Positions 48,315 through 57,983 of a DNA stretch of 64,000 nucleotides are shown one piece after another; positions within the stretch are counted from its first letter, which is position 1; every line of letters begins with the position of its first letter. The stretch is from NCBI GenBank assembly GCA_001775095.1, contig MFCA01000029.1, forward strand, positions 55,975-119,974, written 5' to 3'. The notes under the pieces are model-generated. The model did no database searches and had not been told where the DNA came from. It saw nothing but the letters and a program-made list of their open reading frames with translations. The DNA is from Candidatus Curtissbacteria bacterium RIFOXYA1_FULL_41_14 (lineage in GTDB: Bacteria; Patescibacteriota; Microgenomatia; Curtissbacterales; GWA2-41-24). The position numbers and the translations under genes are program-made.

Positions 48315-48986
48315 CTCAATTCCATTGACATATTTCGAATTTTTACTAAGTCGAAAAGGAAAATGGTTAGAGATTTTGTTCGCATAATCATCATTTGACA
48401 GCGCATATTTAAGCTCGGCTATAACAATGTTCCTGGAAGGTTCGCTCTTTTGGAAAAATGGGCTCAAGTGGGATAATAAACAATAATACTCAACTTCGGA
48501 ATCCTGAGTGATTCTGAAATTTGAATCTGCAGATACAAAATAACGACGCTTGTATCTATTGATAAGAACTGGAGACAAGACCGACAGCCCGGCTTTGACT
48601 TCTATGGGTATATTGGATCTTGCGAAAAGATCTTGCAGGTTTTCCTTTTTGAAGATTCTTTCGATATTAAACGATTTAAGTGGAAATGATAATTTTTTAT
48701 TGGCAAAACTTTTTTTAATTTTAATTTCCAGCATCGGTTTTTTTATAAGTCCTGTTAATTCCCCGTACCAACGTATTCTTATTTTGATTCGGTTATTATT
48801 GCCAAGTACAGCATCGTTATAATTATTTAGGTTTAAGGTGTCCAGATATAAACTGTTTACGTGGCGAGAAACAAAAGATTCTGAAAACATAGCAGGATGA
48901 AGTGTTATTATTGTCTCAACCTGCTTTTGAGTAAGATTATTTGCAAGAAATTTTCTTTCGTATCTATACTTAGAATCAAAATTCAT
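48285..48986 (-). CDS. VTC-domain (polyphosphate polymerase, TTM/CYTH fold) protein
   Basis: RYERKF, VNSLYLDT, KIRIRWYG, LEIK, YKR, RITQD, ELKY, SKNSKY. Confidence 0.85.
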   Translation of the reverse strand: MNFDSKYRYERKFLANNLTQKQVETIITLHPAMFSESFVSRHVNSLYLDTLNLNNYNDAVLGNNNRIKIRIRWYGELTGLIKKPMLEIKIKKSFANKKLSFPLKSFNIERIFKKENLQDLFARSNIPIEVKAGLSVLSPVLINRYKRRYFVSADSNFRITQDSEVEYYCLLSHLSPFFQKSEPSRNIVIAELKYALSNDDYANKISNHFPFRLSKNSKYVNGIELITLGRIFS

Positions 48987-49007
48987 TTCACATATCTGGC
49001 TTGTTAG

Positions 49008-50057
49008 TTATTTTCTTCTTGCTACAAAAGCAAAAACAAACACTGCCAAAAATAAGCCTGTCAAAAATCCGTACCAGTAACTATTATCTTTAAGTGCGGA
49101 ACTAATTACTGTTTTTGCTTGTAAAATATAGTTTCTATTATTTAACTCTTCAATATTTTTAAGATTATAAAACTCCAGATCTCTTAAATTATTTTTTTCA
49201 TTTAATGGGATTAGTTTGAAAGATACGTTGCCATTTTCTACATTTACCAGAATATAATTTTCGTCTTTAATTTCGCCCATTCCGGAGGAAATAAGGTTTA
49301 TGTTATCCAATTTTTCATAAAATGCTGGAATAGAATCAGGACGACCTCCCGTATCACCGGCTATGACATAAATATTCTTTGAATGATATTGTTGAAGTAG
49401 GGGAAAAATCTCTTCCCAGAAATTAGAATTTTCAAGTTCAGACCAGCCATACCTTGACCTGTTATTGGCAAATACTTGCCTATACTTTGGATTTTTGTTC
49501 CATAGAAGCTCATGAAAAAGGATGAATATGTTTTTTGGATTTTCACCGCTTTCTAGATTTTGCTTCAAAAAGTCCAGCTGATCTTGGTCAATCTTTAACT
49601 TATCTTTTTGGCTGTCGAGAATTATAAACCTCTCTGAACCGATATCGAATTTATAAAAAGTGGCGCCGAATTTTTGGTGCAAAAAATTGCTGCCGTAGTC
49701 TGAATTGTCGTGGTTGCCCAATGCAAAGTAAGCTAAAAGACCCAGCTTGTCGGTTTCTTCCTGCGCTTTTTGCCAGGCTTTTTCACTTGCAGGGGCTCTG
49801 AGAGCATCTCCTGTAAAAATCACAAATGCGATTTCCTTTTTTCCCAAAACATTAGATAGGTTATTCAAAAATTTTGGATATATGCCTAGGTTATTTCCGC
49901 TGTGAGATCCGTAAGCGTGGCCGGCAACGATAAAGGAGTATTTTTGGGGATCTACGGAAGGATTTGGAGACATTTGGGCAAGCGTTTGTCCTTGACATGT
50001 TACAAGGACAGTAAGAAGAGCGACGGAAAATATAAGAAGTAGCCTACTCAGTTTCAT
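49008..50057 (-). CDS. Exported calcineurin-like metallophosphoesterase with a C-terminal membrane anchor
   Basis: Signal peptide MKLSRLL; GHAYG, FTGD, LGNHD, FH, IAGD; C-terminal TM followed by RRK. Confidence 0.82.
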   Translation of the reverse strand: MKLSRLLLIFSVALLTVLVTCQGQTLAQMSPNPSVDPQKYSFIVAGHAYGSHSGNNLGIYPKFLNNLSNVLGKKEIAFVIFTGDALRAPASEKAWQKAQEETDKLGLLAYFALGNHDNSDYGSNFLHQKFGATFYKFDIGSERFIILDSQKDKLKIDQDQLDFLKQNLESGENPKNIFILFHELLWNKNPKYRQVFANNRSRYGWSELENSNFWEEIFPLLQQYHSKNIYVIAGDTGGRPDSIPAFYEKLDNINLISSGMGEIKDENYILVNVENGNVSFKLIPLNEKNNLRDLEFYNLKNIEELNNRNYILQAKTVISSALKDNSYWYGFLTGLFLAVFVFAFVARRK

Positions 50058-52626
50058 CGGGATATAATTTGATAAACACATTTTTCCCCTCCGCAGGTAT
50101 TTCTTTATAGTCAACGTTTAGCGTAGAACCCTCCTCGACCAGATAAGGTGTAGAGGCGAAATTGTCCTTGAGGCCGGTCACGACCATGTGGGCCGTGCCG
50201 AACTGGAGTTTCTTCTGATAAACCGTAAGTCCCCAATCGGCACTTTTGATATTAATTCCCTTTACGTTAACGGTCGAGTTGTCCTTGGCGGCTATTCCTA
50301 TATAGGCTTTATTAATTTCGATTTCTTCACCTTGTACTCGGCTATTTTCCCCAACGCTAATGCCTTTGTCGCCGGCGTTTCTGATCTTTACCGCATTCAC
50401 GTTAACGTTACCTTCGGAAAAATCCATCGCATCGCCCGCGGTATTGGTGAATATGCTTTGGGAAATGGTGCCGCTTGCAAAATCCGTGTCGATTGCATCC
50501 GATGACGTATCGGTAAAGGCGGACCCGACAATTTCAAAATCGGACCTTATGATATTTAACGTGTCCTCGGAATTGTTACTTTTAAACAAACATTGATTTA
50601 TATAGACGGGAGACTGATAAAAAGTAACTGCACCCGTCAGTTCCCATCCGTTTTCCTTCGGATTTGTGAGATTTTCGAATACGACGTTTTCAAGATGCGA
50701 TTCGTTTTGCGCGTTTATCACTACTATCCCCTGCCCACTTTGATTCCCTGAACGGATAAAAATAGGTGACTGCTCCGACCCCTTAAACTGAAGGGGCGAG
50801 TAAGAGATGATTTTTGCTCCATTTGTTAAATTGACTGTTGTTTCTTCCGATAGTTCAAAAGTGTAGCCGCTGGGGATAATCAGGTTGCGGTCCAAATTCC
50901 AGGTTCCCCTTCTTGCGATAATTGTTTTTGAAGGATTATCGACAAATAAATTATCAAACTCTGCTACATTCGGGCCTTGAGACATCACGCGGTTTTGAAA
51001 AACCTCAGGAAAGAATGAGTAGGACGCCACGTCTGCTTCCTTTGGCGATTGAATACCTAAAATTTTGTAGTAAATCTTAGGGATAGTAATTTCTTCCTGT
51101 CTGGTACCCGTATTACCTCTTATAAAATCAAAAGTCTGATACTGGACTGTATTGTCGGGATTTCTCTCAGATAAGATAATTTTTTGTGTACCTTTGTAAG
51201 TACCGCCTTTGTATGAGACTTCCTCGACTTCTATCGGAAAAGGATAGAGACTACCGATGTCAATTTTCAGACCGTTTGTGTTTTCTTCCCTGAAATAGGC
51301 GTGAAGTGCTTTGGGCGGATTGAGAGAATCCTGGATATATTTCTGGTTTGTAAACAAACTGGCCTCCCTGAACTCGGATGCGGGAAACTCGCTATAGATG
51401 ATGTTTAAATTTTTCCCAAGATCGCTTTTCAAATCACCCAGCATTTTGTCGAAATAGTCGTCGCTCGCGTAAGAATTCAGATATTGAACATATCTTCTTA
51501 AAAATTCCGGGTCTTTAAAAAATAGCGATGTAAACCTTTTTTCGCGGTCGAAACCTTCGTTTACCCACCAGTTGCCTACGCGGGCGCTTTCATCCGAGAA
51601 CCTGTTAATCTCGGCAGAATATACTTCAAGTTTGTCTGTTATCGGATTGTAGTAGAATTTGACGTCGTTTGGATCAAATTCCAAAGAGGCAAACAAGGCC
51701 CTCAGTGCGAAAAATTTGCTAATGCTGTCAATGTCAAATGCCTGACTGACGCTTACCTTGCCGGCACGGAAGTCTTCCAAAAGTTTAATGGCCAAAACCG
51801 AGATCGGTTCGACGGCCTCAAAATTACTTGGTATAACCTCACTTTGCATTTCCTTGAATCCCCCGGTCATTCCCGTTGAGAAAATTTCTTGTCTCGTGTT
51901 TCCTCTTGCCCACTCTTCCAAAACCAGACTCTTGTCAAAACCGATTAAAGCCCCTTCCCTTCTTTTGTTATTTTCTACAAGAGCTTTGCTAAAATCTTCC
52001 TCTAAAACATAAATACCGTGATTCCTTCCGTTGATGGCCACTTTGACGAATTCAACTCTCGGGAATAGGAAGCCCTCCTTTTCCAATGCTTTGGCATAAA
52101 GCCATTCGTAAATATAATTTCTGGTTTTGGGGTGCATTATGGAAAAATCAGTCATACCCAAAATACTTTTTTGATTGGAGATTCTCATTTTTAAAGACCA
52201 TTTTTTATCGTCGTCCCAATGGTCAAATCCAGCTCCTTTGAGTCTTAATTTAATGTCATAGCTTTGTCCGTTGTAAGTAAGTTTTGCCGGCAAAAATTCG
52301 GTGTTTTGCTCAAGCAAGACACCGGCATTTACCGCTCTTTGTCTCTGGTCGGAAATCTTCTGATAATTGGTCCAATTAATGTCGATAGACAGTTCTTTTG
52401 GTTTTGCAAAAATGATGCCAGCAAGGTGCCTTTGTTGTTCAAGGGTAAATGTTTTAAGTTCGCTTAAATAGGGTCTTATTGGATCTGGCTTGATCAGAAT
52501 AACTAAAAAAAGAGACATCAGGGCAAGTATTAACGTAAAACCAATAATTTTAGCTTTTTTTTTCTTAAATAAACCAGTTTGTAAGAGGAAGAAATTCTCT
52601 TTCTTTGTTTCGGTTTTTATAAGCAT
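50044..52626 (-). CDS. cotH: CotH-like kinase with N-terminal TM and C-terminal right-handed beta-helix
   Basis: KLRLKG, KWSLK, YEW, NG...GIY..EE, KFYYNP; SEDTLN, SDAIDTD, GDAMDFS, GDKGISVGE repeats. Confidence 0.78.
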   Translation of the reverse strand: MLIKTETKKENFFLLQTGLFKKKKAKIIGFTLILALMSLFLVILIKPDPIRPYLSELKTFTLEQQRHLAGIIFAKPKELSIDINWTNYQKISDQRQRAVNAGVLLEQNTEFLPAKLTYNGQSYDIKLRLKGAGFDHWDDDKKWSLKMRISNQKSILGMTDFSIMHPKTRNYIYEWLYAKALEKEGFLFPRVEFVKVAINGRNHGIYVLEEDFSKALVENNKRREGALIGFDKSLVLEEWARGNTRQEIFSTGMTGGFKEMQSEVIPSNFEAVEPISVLAIKLLEDFRAGKVSVSQAFDIDSISKFFALRALFASLEFDPNDVKFYYNPITDKLEVYSAEINRFSDESARVGNWWVNEGFDREKRFTSLFFKDPEFLRRYVQYLNSYASDDYFDKMLGDLKSDLGKNLNIIYSEFPASEFREASLFTNQKYIQDSLNPPKALHAYFREENTNGLKIDIGSLYPFPIEVEEVSYKGGTYKGTQKIILSERNPDNTVQYQTFDFIRGNTGTRQEEITIPKIYYKILGIQSPKEADVASYSFFPEVFQNRVMSQGPNVAEFDNLFVDNPSKTIIARRGTWNLDRNLIIPSGYTFELSEETTVNLTNGAKIISYSPLQFKGSEQSPIFIRSGNQSGQGIVVINAQNESHLENVVFENLTNPKENGWELTGAVTFYQSPVYINQCLFKSNNSEDTLNIIRSDFEIVGSAFTDTSSDAIDTDFASGTISQSIFTNTAGDAMDFSEGNVNVNAVKIRNAGDKGISVGENSRVQGEEIEINKAYIGIAAKDNSTVNVKGINIKSADWGLTVYQKKLQFGTAHMVVTGLKDNFASTPYLVEEGSTLNVDYKEIPAEGKNVFIKLYPDETE

Positions 52627-53310
52627 TTAGAAAATACCTTTATTGTCCAGGAAGGAAATGCTGATATTTTTATCTAATTGACGCAGAGAAGATTTTGCTT
52701 TTTCAAGCTGGCCCAAGTTTTCTATCTCCAGGTTAAAAACAGCTTTCAATCCATCCGTACTTTCATCAAACCTTCTTAGATCAACTTTTGAGCTGGACTG
52801 TTTCAAAACAGCGATAATTTTTGACAGGTCGATTTTTTCCGATTTATTAGTCGATATCACCAGGTTAAGATTTTGGTTCTCAGAAGACTCGCGCTTAAAA
52901 TTTAGAATTAGTATCACCACGGTGATAAGCACAAACGCAACTAGTGTAATTTTTAACTGGTCTGCCCCCAAACCTAGGCCTATGCCAATTGTAAGGAATA
53001 AATAGGCTAATTCCTCCGGTTCTTTAATAGCAGCCCTGAACCTGACTATTGAAAGAGCACCTACCAAGCCTAGCGAGAGGGCAAGTGATGATTTTACCAC
53101 CGTAATAATTAGCGTTGTAGTCACCGCTAAAAGAACAAAATTTCTGGCAAATGTTTGTCTATTGGAAAGCGATTTCCCGTATTTTGTGTAAATAAGGCTC
53201 AAAATATAACCGAGAATTGCCGCTAGAATTAAATTAACTAAAAAGTTCAAAATTGGAATTTGAATATTCTGATTTGACAGGAAGTTTTGGATTAAAGTTT
53301 GCTGGTCCAT
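52627..53310 (-). CDS. DUF4956 membrane protein
   Basis: LALSLGLVGALSIVRFRAAIKEPEE..YLF..IGIGL..G. Confidence 0.88.
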   Translation of the reverse strand: MDQQTLIQNFLSNQNIQIPILNFLVNLILAAILGYILSLIYTKYGKSLSNRQTFARNFVLLAVTTTLIITVVKSSLALSLGLVGALSIVRFRAAIKEPEELAYLFLTIGIGLGLGADQLKITLVAFVLITVVILILNFKRESSENQNLNLVISTNKSEKIDLSKIIAVLKQSSSKVDLRRFDESTDGLKAVFNLEIENLGQLEKAKSSLRQLDKNISISFLDNKGIF

Positions 53311-53397
53311 ACAATTGATTTACAATTTAGATTTATACAGAAAATCCGGCAGCTTGTCAAAAAGAACATCTTCCTGGTTTTTAATTTATGTAAAAGA

Positions 53398-53427
53398 TTG
53401 AGAAATTACTGGCTTGTATCATAAAAT
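53398..53427 (+). promoter_or_regulatory. TTGAGA-N18-TAAAAT promoter 7 nt before ATG 53435 (leaderless)
   Basis: Spacing counted by hand. Confidence 0.5.
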
Positions 53428-53434
53428 AGACCTG

Positions 53435-54166
53435 ATGAATAAGCCAGATATTTCGATAATTCTTCCCTGCTACAATGAGGGGTATTCCCTTGAGGAAAAT
53501 GCTGAAAAAATCGTTAGGGAGCTTAAAAAATTAAAAAGATCTTGGGAGTTAATTTTTGTTGAAGATAAAAGTACCGACCAAACTAAGGCGAACGTGGAAA
53601 AATTAGTCAAGAAGACAAGAAATTCTTCCGCAATCTTCCATAGCAAGAATCGGGGACGCGGAAAGTCGGCCGCAGATGGAATTTTGAAGGCAAAGGGCAA
53701 GATTTGTGGTTTTTTGGATGTTGATCTGGAAGTTGCTCCGCATTATATTCCTCTTTTTATCCACGAAATTGAAAATGGTGCTGATATGGTTATTGGTAGA
53801 AGATTTTATGAGGGAGGATTTAGGTCACTTGCTAGATATTTAGCATCAAAAACTTACGCACTAGTAGTCAAAATTTTTCTCAAAATTCCCATTGAAGACA
53901 CTGAAGCTGGATATAAATTTTTTACCAGATCTAAAATATTGCCGATTTTATCAAAAGTCCAAGACAAACATTGGTTCTGGGATACGGAAATCTGTGCTAG
54001 GGCTTTCTGGGTAGGACTGGAAATCAGCGAAATTCCGGTTCTATTTATAAGAAAACATGAGAAAAGATCGACAGTTAAATTAATTCCAGATACTTGGGAC
54101 TATTTAATAAAGGTACTCAAATTTCGATCGCAAGTACCTAAACTACACTCGCAACAATTAGACTAA
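53435..54166 (+). CDS. GT2 polyprenyl-phosphate glycosyltransferase
   Basis: PCYNE, EDKSTD, GRG, LDVDLE, DTEAGYK, WFWDTE. Confidence 0.85.
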   Translation: MNKPDISIILPCYNEGYSLEENAEKIVRELKKLKRSWELIFVEDKSTDQTKANVEKLVKKTRNSSAIFHSKNRGRGKSAADGILKAKGKICGFLDVDLEVAPHYIPLFIHEIENGADMVIGRRFYEGGFRSLARYLASKTYALVVKIFLKIPIEDTEAGYKFFTRSKILPILSKVQDKHWFWDTEICARAFWVGLEISEIPVLFIRKHEKRSTVKLIPDTWDYLIKVLKFRSQVPKLHSQQLD

Positions 54167-54169
54167 TAC

Positions 54170-55297
54170 ATGATGAATCAATTTACGATTCCACTTCATA
54201 AACCATTTTGGGGTAAAGAAGAAGAAAAAGCCGCAATCCTGGCGATGAGGAGTGGGATCGGGATTGGTGGTTTATCATACAGCGACCTGCTGACAGAAGC
54301 TTTGTCCGACAAACTTTCTGTCAGGTATGTTCTTCCAACCGCATCAGGAACAGCGGCCTTGGAACTTGCTTGCGCTTGTTTGCTGAGACGTGGCCACGAA
54401 GTAATTTTACCCAGTTTTACTTTTTCATCTTGTGCAAATGCAATAATGCTTTCGGGGGCAAAACCGATATTTTGTGATATTGATATCAATACCTACAACA
54501 TTGACCCTACTGAAACTGAAAAACATATAACTTCAAAAACAAGGGCCATTATGGTTATTCATTATGCTGGTCTTGCCTGTGATATGGAGAAAATGACTGC
54601 AATGGCTAAAAAACATAACCTCTTAATAATTGAGGACGCTGCTCACGCACTTGGTTCAAAATTTAAAGGACAATTTTTAGGTACCATTGGCGATATTGGC
54701 TGTTTTTCTTTTCATGGAACAAAAAATGCGGCAAGTGGAGAAGGTGGTGTTTTTGTGACTAACAATAAAGAGGTGTATAAACTTGCTGAAATTATTCGCG
54801 AAAAGGGCACGGACAGATCCTCTTTTATGCGCGGGGAAAGAAAAAAATATTCCTGGGTTAAGGTCGGCAGAAGTTTAGTCCTTTCGGATATTCTGTCAGC
54901 TATTGCTCTTGAGCAAGTTAAAAAACTTGAAAAAATCACTCACCTTAGAAAACGCAACGCCAAATATCTTCTAAAAAAACTTGAGAGATTGTCTTCCAAA
55001 ATTATTTTACCTAAGGAAATCGAATATTGTGATACCTGTTGGCATATATTTGCAATTAGAGTCCCGAAGCTTTCCCGTGATAAAGTAATTGAAGGGCTGA
55101 GATCTTATGGCATTGAAGCCTCATTTCACTATTTACCATTACACACGAGTGTGATGGGTAAAAAATTGGGATATAAAGCCCGAGATTTACCTGTGACTGA
55201 AGAAGTTGCAACCACTTTGATTCGTTTACCGATGTACCCACAGCTTAAAAAATCTGAACTGGACTACATGGTTGCATCTCTTGAAAAAATTCTATAA
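54170..55297 (+). CDS. wecE: dTDP-4-amino-4,6-dideoxygalactose transaminase-like (DegT family)
   Basis: SGTAALE, PSFTF, HYAG, IEDAAH, FSFHGTKN..SGEGG, REKGTDRS.F, FHY.PLH. Confidence 0.8.
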   Translation: MMNQFTIPLHKPFWGKEEEKAAILAMRSGIGIGGLSYSDLLTEALSDKLSVRYVLPTASGTAALELACACLLRRGHEVILPSFTFSSCANAIMLSGAKPIFCDIDINTYNIDPTETEKHITSKTRAIMVIHYAGLACDMEKMTAMAKKHNLLIIEDAAHALGSKFKGQFLGTIGDIGCFSFHGTKNAASGEGGVFVTNNKEVYKLAEIIREKGTDRSSFMRGERKKYSWVKVGRSLVLSDILSAIALEQVKKLEKITHLRKRNAKYLLKKLERLSSKIILPKEIEYCDTCWHIFAIRVPKLSRDKVIEGLRSYGIEASFHYLPLHTSVMGKKLGYKARDLPVTEEVATTLIRLPMYPQLKKSELDYMVASLEKIL

Positions 55298-55299
55298 GC

Positions 55300-55423
55300 G
55301 ATACTAATATGCGAATTTATACTAATTATACGAACGGAATCAATTCCAATGTACAAATTGTACGAATAGCACGAATTATTTTTATTAGTATGATTAGTAT
55401 TCATTAGTATATTTGCATCGTAT
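55300..55423. repeat. Intergenic inverted array with roughly 9-nt period (ACTAAT/ACGAAT arm versus ATTAGTA arm)
   Basis: Periodic, reverse-complementary arms. Confidence 0.6.
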
Positions 55424-56383
55424 ATGAAAATCATTCTTGTAACAGGCGGAGCAGGTTTCATCGGGTCTCACCTTTGCGAGCGATTAGTCGCGCGTGGTGA
55501 CACTGTCATCTGCCTTGATAATCTTTTGACCGGCTCACAGAAAAATATCGCTCATCTTATGAGTAAGAGAAACTTCTTTTTCTTTAACCATGATGTTACA
55601 AAACCATTTGTAAGCCGCAAATTTGCCAAGATTGATGAAATTTATCACCTAGCCTCCCCCGCTGATCCAAATGTAAATTCACCATTTTCATATATGGCTC
55701 ATCCTTTCGAAACAATGAAAGTTAATACCATCGGCACTTGGAATATGTGTGAGATAGCGTATAAATTTAAGGCAAAATTATCTTTTGCTTCAACCTCAGA
55801 AATCTATGGAGATCCTGAAGTTTCTCCTCAAAGCGAGAATTATCGAGGCAATGTTTCAACCATTGGGCCGAGATCTGTTTATGATGAGTCCAAGAGATTT
55901 GGTGAAACGATTGTTGCCGCATTTGTCAGCAAAAAGGATTTGGAGGGGCGGATTACCAGAATTTTTAATACCTATGGACCGAGAATGAATGTTAATGAGG
56001 GGAGGGCTGTTGTTAATTTTATAAAACAAGCTTTAACACAAAAACCAATCACTATCTTTGGTGACGGCAAACAGACAAGATCTTTCTGTTATATTGATGA
56101 CCAAGTCGAGGGGCAAATTTTAGCGATGGAAAAAGGTAAGCCTGGAGAAGTTTTTAATATCGGAAACGACGATGAGAGAACGATTCTGGAATTTGCCAAA
56201 ATCATCAAACAAATGACAAGAAGTCAGAGTAAAATAACTTTTTCTCAACGACTTCCCGAAGATGATCCCCATCAACGCAGGCCAGACATCAACAAGGCCA
56301 AAAAGGTATTGCAGTGGAAACCAAAAACTTCACTTGAGGAAGGGCTCTTCAAAACAATTAATTATTTTAAGGAAATTTTGTGA
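55424..56383 (+). CDS. UDP-glucuronate decarboxylase-like SDR (UDP-xylose synthase)
   Basis: GGAGFIGSHL, HLASPA, ASTSEIYGDP, YDESKR, RIFNTYGPRM, DDP..R.PDI. Confidence 0.85.
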   Translation: MKIILVTGGAGFIGSHLCERLVARGDTVICLDNLLTGSQKNIAHLMSKRNFFFFNHDVTKPFVSRKFAKIDEIYHLASPADPNVNSPFSYMAHPFETMKVNTIGTWNMCEIAYKFKAKLSFASTSEIYGDPEVSPQSENYRGNVSTIGPRSVYDESKRFGETIVAAFVSKKDLEGRITRIFNTYGPRMNVNEGRAVVNFIKQALTQKPITIFGDGKQTRSFCYIDDQVEGQILAMEKGKPGEVFNIGNDDERTILEFAKIIKQMTRSQSKITFSQRLPEDDPHQRRPDINKAKKVLQWKPKTSLEEGLFKTINYFKEIL

Positions 56384-56387
56384 AACT

Positions 56388-57035
56388 ATGGTTTCCTCGA
56401 AAAGATTCCATGAAATTCTAAATCAGGTCCCTGCCGATTATTATGACCAGGGTGTAAAGACTAATCTTTTTCAAAAATATTGGCACCAGAAAAAATGGCG
56501 AACTCTTAAAAAATTCTTGAAGGAATCAGCAAAAGGATCTTTTCTGGACATTGGCTGTGCTGACGGCACAACTACTTTTCAAATCTATAAAAACTTTCCC
56601 AATCTTAAGATCACAGGACTTGATTATTATCGAAAAGCAATAGAATTTGCTCGCAGGACCAAACCCCAAATAAAATTTGTTATTGCCGATGTTCACAAAT
56701 TACCTTTTCCAAATAGAAGTTTTGATATTGTCAGCGCAATCGAAACACTCGAACATGTTCAAAATCCCCATGAAGCACTTGCCGAAATTAAAAGAGTTTT
56801 AAAACCTGGTGGTTTCTTAATAATAGTCCAGGATACCAACAGTCTTCTATTTCGGTCTATCTGGTGGTTATGGACTCGTTGGAAGGGCTCCGTATGGAAG
56901 AATAGTCATATAAACTGTATGGAATCAAAGAAGTTATTCAGAGTTCTCAGAAAGTCTGGATTCAAAATTGAACATTTCGAATACACTAATTTAAAAATGG
57001 AAGTATTTATAAAAGCTCAAAAACATAAATATTGA
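56388..57035 (+). CDS. Class I SAM-dependent methyltransferase
   Basis: LDIGCADG, LPF....FD, ETLEH, RVLKPGG; start MVSS at 56388. Confidence 0.88.
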   Translation: MVSSKRFHEILNQVPADYYDQGVKTNLFQKYWHQKKWRTLKKFLKESAKGSFLDIGCADGTTTFQIYKNFPNLKITGLDYYRKAIEFARRTKPQIKFVIADVHKLPFPNRSFDIVSAIETLEHVQNPHEALAEIKRVLKPGGFLIIVQDTNSLLFRSIWWLWTRWKGSVWKNSHINCMESKKLFRVLRKSGFKIEHFEYTNLKMEVFIKAQKHKY

Positions 57036-57038
57036 GAA

Positions 57039-57983
57039 ATGAAAAAAATACTTGTTACCGGTTGTGCTGGGTTCATAGGTTCCCACCTAGTAGACAGATT
57101 GTTGGCTAATAACCATAAGGTGATTGGTGTTGATAATTTTAATGATTATTATGACCCAAAGATTAAAAAAAAGAATTTAGAATCAGCACTAAGATTAAAG
57201 TCTTTCAAATTATATCGAGGGGATATTTTAGATTTTTCCCTCTTAACCAAAATTTTTAAATCTGAACGACTAGAAAAAGTCATTCACTTGGCAGCAAGAG
57301 CTGGAGTAAGACCGTCAATCGAAAGTCCCCTACTTTACGGAAAAGTAAATGTTGGCGGGACAGTTAATCTTTTGAAAATGTCAGTAGATTTTAAAGTTAA
57401 TCAATTTATTTTCTGCTCCTCATCGTCAGTCTACGGAGAGTCAAAACGATTGCCATTTACCGAAGATGATCCATGCGAAAATATTATTTCACCATACGGT
57501 TCTTCTAAAAGAGCGGCTGAATTTTGGGTGGAAAGTTTTTTTCATTCATACGGCTTGAAATCTGTTATTTTAAGGTTTTTTACAGTTTACGGACCAAGAG
57601 GTCGCCCGGACATGGCACCGGCCCTCTTTGCTAAGGCAATCCTCTCTGGCAAAACAATTAACCAATTCGGGGATGGATTCAGCAGCCGGGACTATACATA
57701 TATTGATGACATTATTGACGGGATTGTTAGAGCTTGTTATAAAAACTTTGATTTTGAAATTATAAATCTTGGGAATAACCATCCCGTCAAGCTCTCTGTT
57801 TTTGTTAAAACTCTTGAGAAAATAATCGGTAAAAAGGCGAAGATTAACAAATTACCAACACAACACGGAGATGTTGAAAAAACCTGGGCAAATATTGTAA
57901 AAGCTAAAAAGCTTTTGGATTGGGCTCCAAAAACAAAAATTGACGAAGGCCTAGAACATTATCTTGAATGGCTAAAAAAATGA
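57039..57983 (+). CDS. UDP-glucuronate 4-epimerase-like SDR
   Basis: TGCAGFIG, HLAARAGVRPS, SSSSVYG, SPYGSSK, RFFTVYGPRGRPDMA. Confidence 0.88.
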   Translation: MKKILVTGCAGFIGSHLVDRLLANNHKVIGVDNFNDYYDPKIKKKNLESALRLKSFKLYRGDILDFSLLTKIFKSERLEKVIHLAARAGVRPSIESPLLYGKVNVGGTVNLLKMSVDFKVNQFIFCSSSSVYGESKRLPFTEDDPCENIISPYGSSKRAAEFWVESFFHSYGLKSVILRFFTVYGPRGRPDMAPALFAKAILSGKTINQFGDGFSSRDYTYIDDIIDGIVRACYKNFDFEIINLGNNHPVKLSVFVKTLEKIIGKKAKINKLPTQHGDVEKTWANIVKAKKLLDWAPKTKIDEGLEHYLEWLKK

